Assembly (NCBI RefSeq): GCF_018350175.1
Contig: NC_058368.1
Location: forward strand, 228,658,001-228,722,000
Origin: Felis catus
Lineage: Eukaryota
Length of the DNA: 64,000 nucleotides
Direction of reading: 5' to 3'
The position numbers were made by a program, and so were the translations under genes. Below are positions 60,930 to 64,000 of this stretch, one piece after another. Numbering within the stretch: position 1 is the first letter of the stretch; every line of letters starts with the position of its first letter. The notes beneath the pieces were generated by a model that did no database searches, was not told where the DNA came from, and saw nothing but the letters and a program-made list of their open reading frames with translations.

Positions 60930-63900
60930 ATGTAACTATTCTGTTCAACCAAAAGGAGTCTAGGGGCTCAAATTGGTTAGGTCCCACTAGGTAGAACCTT
61001 GTTTTCATTTGTGCCTAAGCTTCCTAACTCTCTTTGCCTGTCTGAGTACAGAGATGGGTGGTCACCTATACAAAGAATGGATGGTAACATGCTATGGATT
61101 AGGTCACTGTGCTCATATTGTAGCTCTAGGTATGAGCTCAGGGTCAGGAATATAATTCTGTCATCTTTTTAGCATGCATTTTCCTGGAGGGACATATGAT
61201 AGATCATTATAGGAACAGAAGTCTTTTGGACTAAGTTATAGGAGAATGTTTAACGCATTTTAGGTAGATAATGTGTCATATAAATATAATTTATTCATAA
61301 AGTTTGATTTGGTCTGAGGATATATTCTGCAACTGCTTAGGAAGAGAAAGAAAAGAACAGAATGAGTTAAGACTTCAAAATATTTGGTGTTTTAAAATCT
61401 TTAATAGATGAAAATTAAAAAAAAACTATAGTCCATTTATATAAAAGGAAGTATGAAAGAGTTATCAAAATATTTAGAGTTGGACGCAATAATAAATGGT
61501 TGTTGTGTTATTTGCAATGTGCCGTCTTTTTAGTTTCAGTCCCTTGGGTTTGTGTTGATTGCTACTGAGAACTTCTACCAAGTTTTCTGCATTTACATAT
61601 GCCCAGGAAATCTTGTAAATCTTGTTGGCAAAATCACTCAAATATATGCAAAACAAAAGAACATAAAATTGTGATACTACATTTCTAATGAGAGAGAACC
61701 TTGTGCAGATATACAAAAGACAGGTGTTCCATGCACATGGATGACAAAAGCCAATTCAAACTTATTTCTGATTTCATGAATGTTATTTGGAAAAATCCCA
61801 GAATAAGAAAAATTAAGTCTGGTGCTTCATGAATGTGAAAAGCTAAAAAATGAATTTGAGAGAATATCGTGCCAATTTAATTTAAACCATTTAGATGAAA
61901 ACTAAATAATGCTATAAATATCTAAGTATGCCTTTCATATGTAATAAATTTTTCCAGTATTTGGAAATAAATATTTCCAGTATTTGGAAATAATTGACTG
62001 ATTGAACATTAGTTTTAGTTTTCATGAAAGCGACTGGTGTCAATGACAGGATCCCAAAAGTTGAGGCATAAAAGCGTGGATGGTTATCATCTGGTTCAGC
62101 ATTCTCAACTCACCAATGAAGAAACAAAAATGATACTTACTCCATCACAACCTATGGTAGAGTTGCAGTGGAGTTCAAGTCATCTGACTATTAGTTAAAA
62201 TACCCTCCTTATTTTCGGTTCAACCTCTATTACATAGTTTTCATTGAATATTTTGAATTAGTAAGATATTTTTTGGCAACATAATAATAGGAAACCCTGA
62301 GGGCTAGCTTGTTACTACTGCCCAAAAGAGACTCATGGAAACTAAGGCTACGAAGTGAGCCAATTTTTCAAGGGATTAGAGGCAGGGATAGAAAAGGGTC
62401 TTGGGGCAAAGCTGCTCCATTCTTGCCTCTTTACCCTCGCCTTGCTGGCATTTGTTCCCTTTGTCTCTCCCCGCCGATCAGCTTCTCTGCTCCTCAGTGA
62501 CATCATGCTTGAGAGTTCTGCCATGTGTAGCCAGTGCAATATGAGGCTGTCTCACTACAATTCACTTTAGCCATCAACTTTAGTTTCTGTCATGTGCTCT
62601 AGTGCCCCCAACTAATATTTCAGCAACAATAAGGGGCAGTCTGACTGGCTGGTTCAAATCTGGTGTATACTAGCCAGACTTGTTATGGAAAACATGGTTA
62701 TGGAAATAGGTTATGGAAAACATGGAAGGGGCATCACTGCCTACAGGATTCGCCTTTGGTTAAGAAGAAGGTATTTTCAGAAAAAAAGGAATATGAGCTG
62801 AGAAGACATCCCAGAAATTACCTGACAGAACTTGTTTCCATCACTCAACAAGCATTTATTGAGGGCTGATACCGTGTGTCAGCTTGTAAAAGTGAACAAA
62901 AGAGCCAATGTCCCTGGCTTCAGTGAGCTTGTACTCTAACTTAGAGGGCAGTATAATGGATCCTGAAGGGTACACATGTTGCAGGATGCATATTCTGATT
63001 TATAGGAGTTTGGCATTTATAGTTTGGCAATTTATACGCCAATAAGAACTCGAGTCTGGAAAGCTTAACAGTTGAAGAGATTAAATATTCTGCATAATTT
63101 CCCTTTTACGACATTACTAAATCAAATCTATCAACATTTTCAAGTACCTACTGAGTAGTATTCTAGGCACTTCATGGGATACAGAGGAAGAATAATATAG
63201 GTCTTACTGACAAGGAGATTAAGCACTGCTGGGGAAATAATTTACACAGAGAACAACTACAGAATTTAAATATATGTGATTAAGTTTATGCTGGGAGCCA
63301 TGAATGCAAAAAGCACTTGGAGAAAAGAAAAAAATCTCTGTAGGTTGGGTTCACCAAGGAAAACTGTCACAGGACATCGGGGATTTGTATTGGGGCACAA
63401 TTTGAATATGACAATCATATTAGGTTCTATGATTTATTATCTTCTCTAGTGAACGATTAAATATGGTATATATTTTTCTATTAGTACTAATTGAAATATA
63501 TTAATCATGAATAAATGTGAACTTCATAGTCTTTATAGACCAATATGAGACATGGATGATGAATATAGTAGACTTAGAATTGCAGGTATTTGTGATATTC
63601 TGGTTCAGTACAGATTCATCCCAAAGAGATTTACTGATGGATGCAGGTGGTTTACAAAGGGTGGATGATAGAGAATACTGTCATTGGCTAGTGCTGAATT
63701 ATCCCTTATAAAGAAGATGTAAACATTATTTTCCCACTGGAATGGTTGACTGTAGTGTGTGGGCATTAGGCAATCATAGGCAAGACCTAGGATGGCCAGC
63801 AGTGTTTGGAGATCTTGGGGAAAAATGTGCTGAGATCAACGGCACAAATAGAGAAGGAAAATCAAGGCACTAGAAATCCAGGATTCTTATTTGCAAACAA

Positions 63901-64000
63901 CTCACGTGATGATTCATTGAAAGTAAAGCTCACAAGAGCGTTCTCAGTCTTTGTAAACCTTTGTCTAGAAAAATGTCAAATTTGCAATGTAGAAAATTAA

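Overview
This is AT-rich mammalian genomic DNA, almost certainly felid (cat lineage), judged from about 18 tRNA-derived carnivore SINEs including young SINEC_Fc-type copies. No host protein-coding exon could be supported. The main feature is a 5,145-bp minus-strand endogenous gammaretrovirus at 21911-27055, with two apparently identical 341-bp LTRs and a 4-bp TSD (GTTG). It retains a variant tRNA-Pro PBS, two GACG-tetraloop packaging hairpins, an intact gag with an AUG-initiated glyco-Gag-like extension, a UAG readthrough signal and an intact protease. However, pol has an in-frame internal deletion plus a frameshift and a nonsense codon, and env is cut down to an 87-aa signal-peptide mini-ORF. 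This looks like a recently mobilised non-autonomous ERV. Also present are a 5'-complete but ORF2-deleted L1 (about 45150-48971) nested in an older L1, old MaLR/ERVL LTRs, Tigger/hAT DNA-transposon relics, microsatellites, short tandem duplications, and candidate regulatory patches (a GATA cluster and a CpG-retaining patch). Repeat subfamily names are from recall of consensus sequences, not from database searches.
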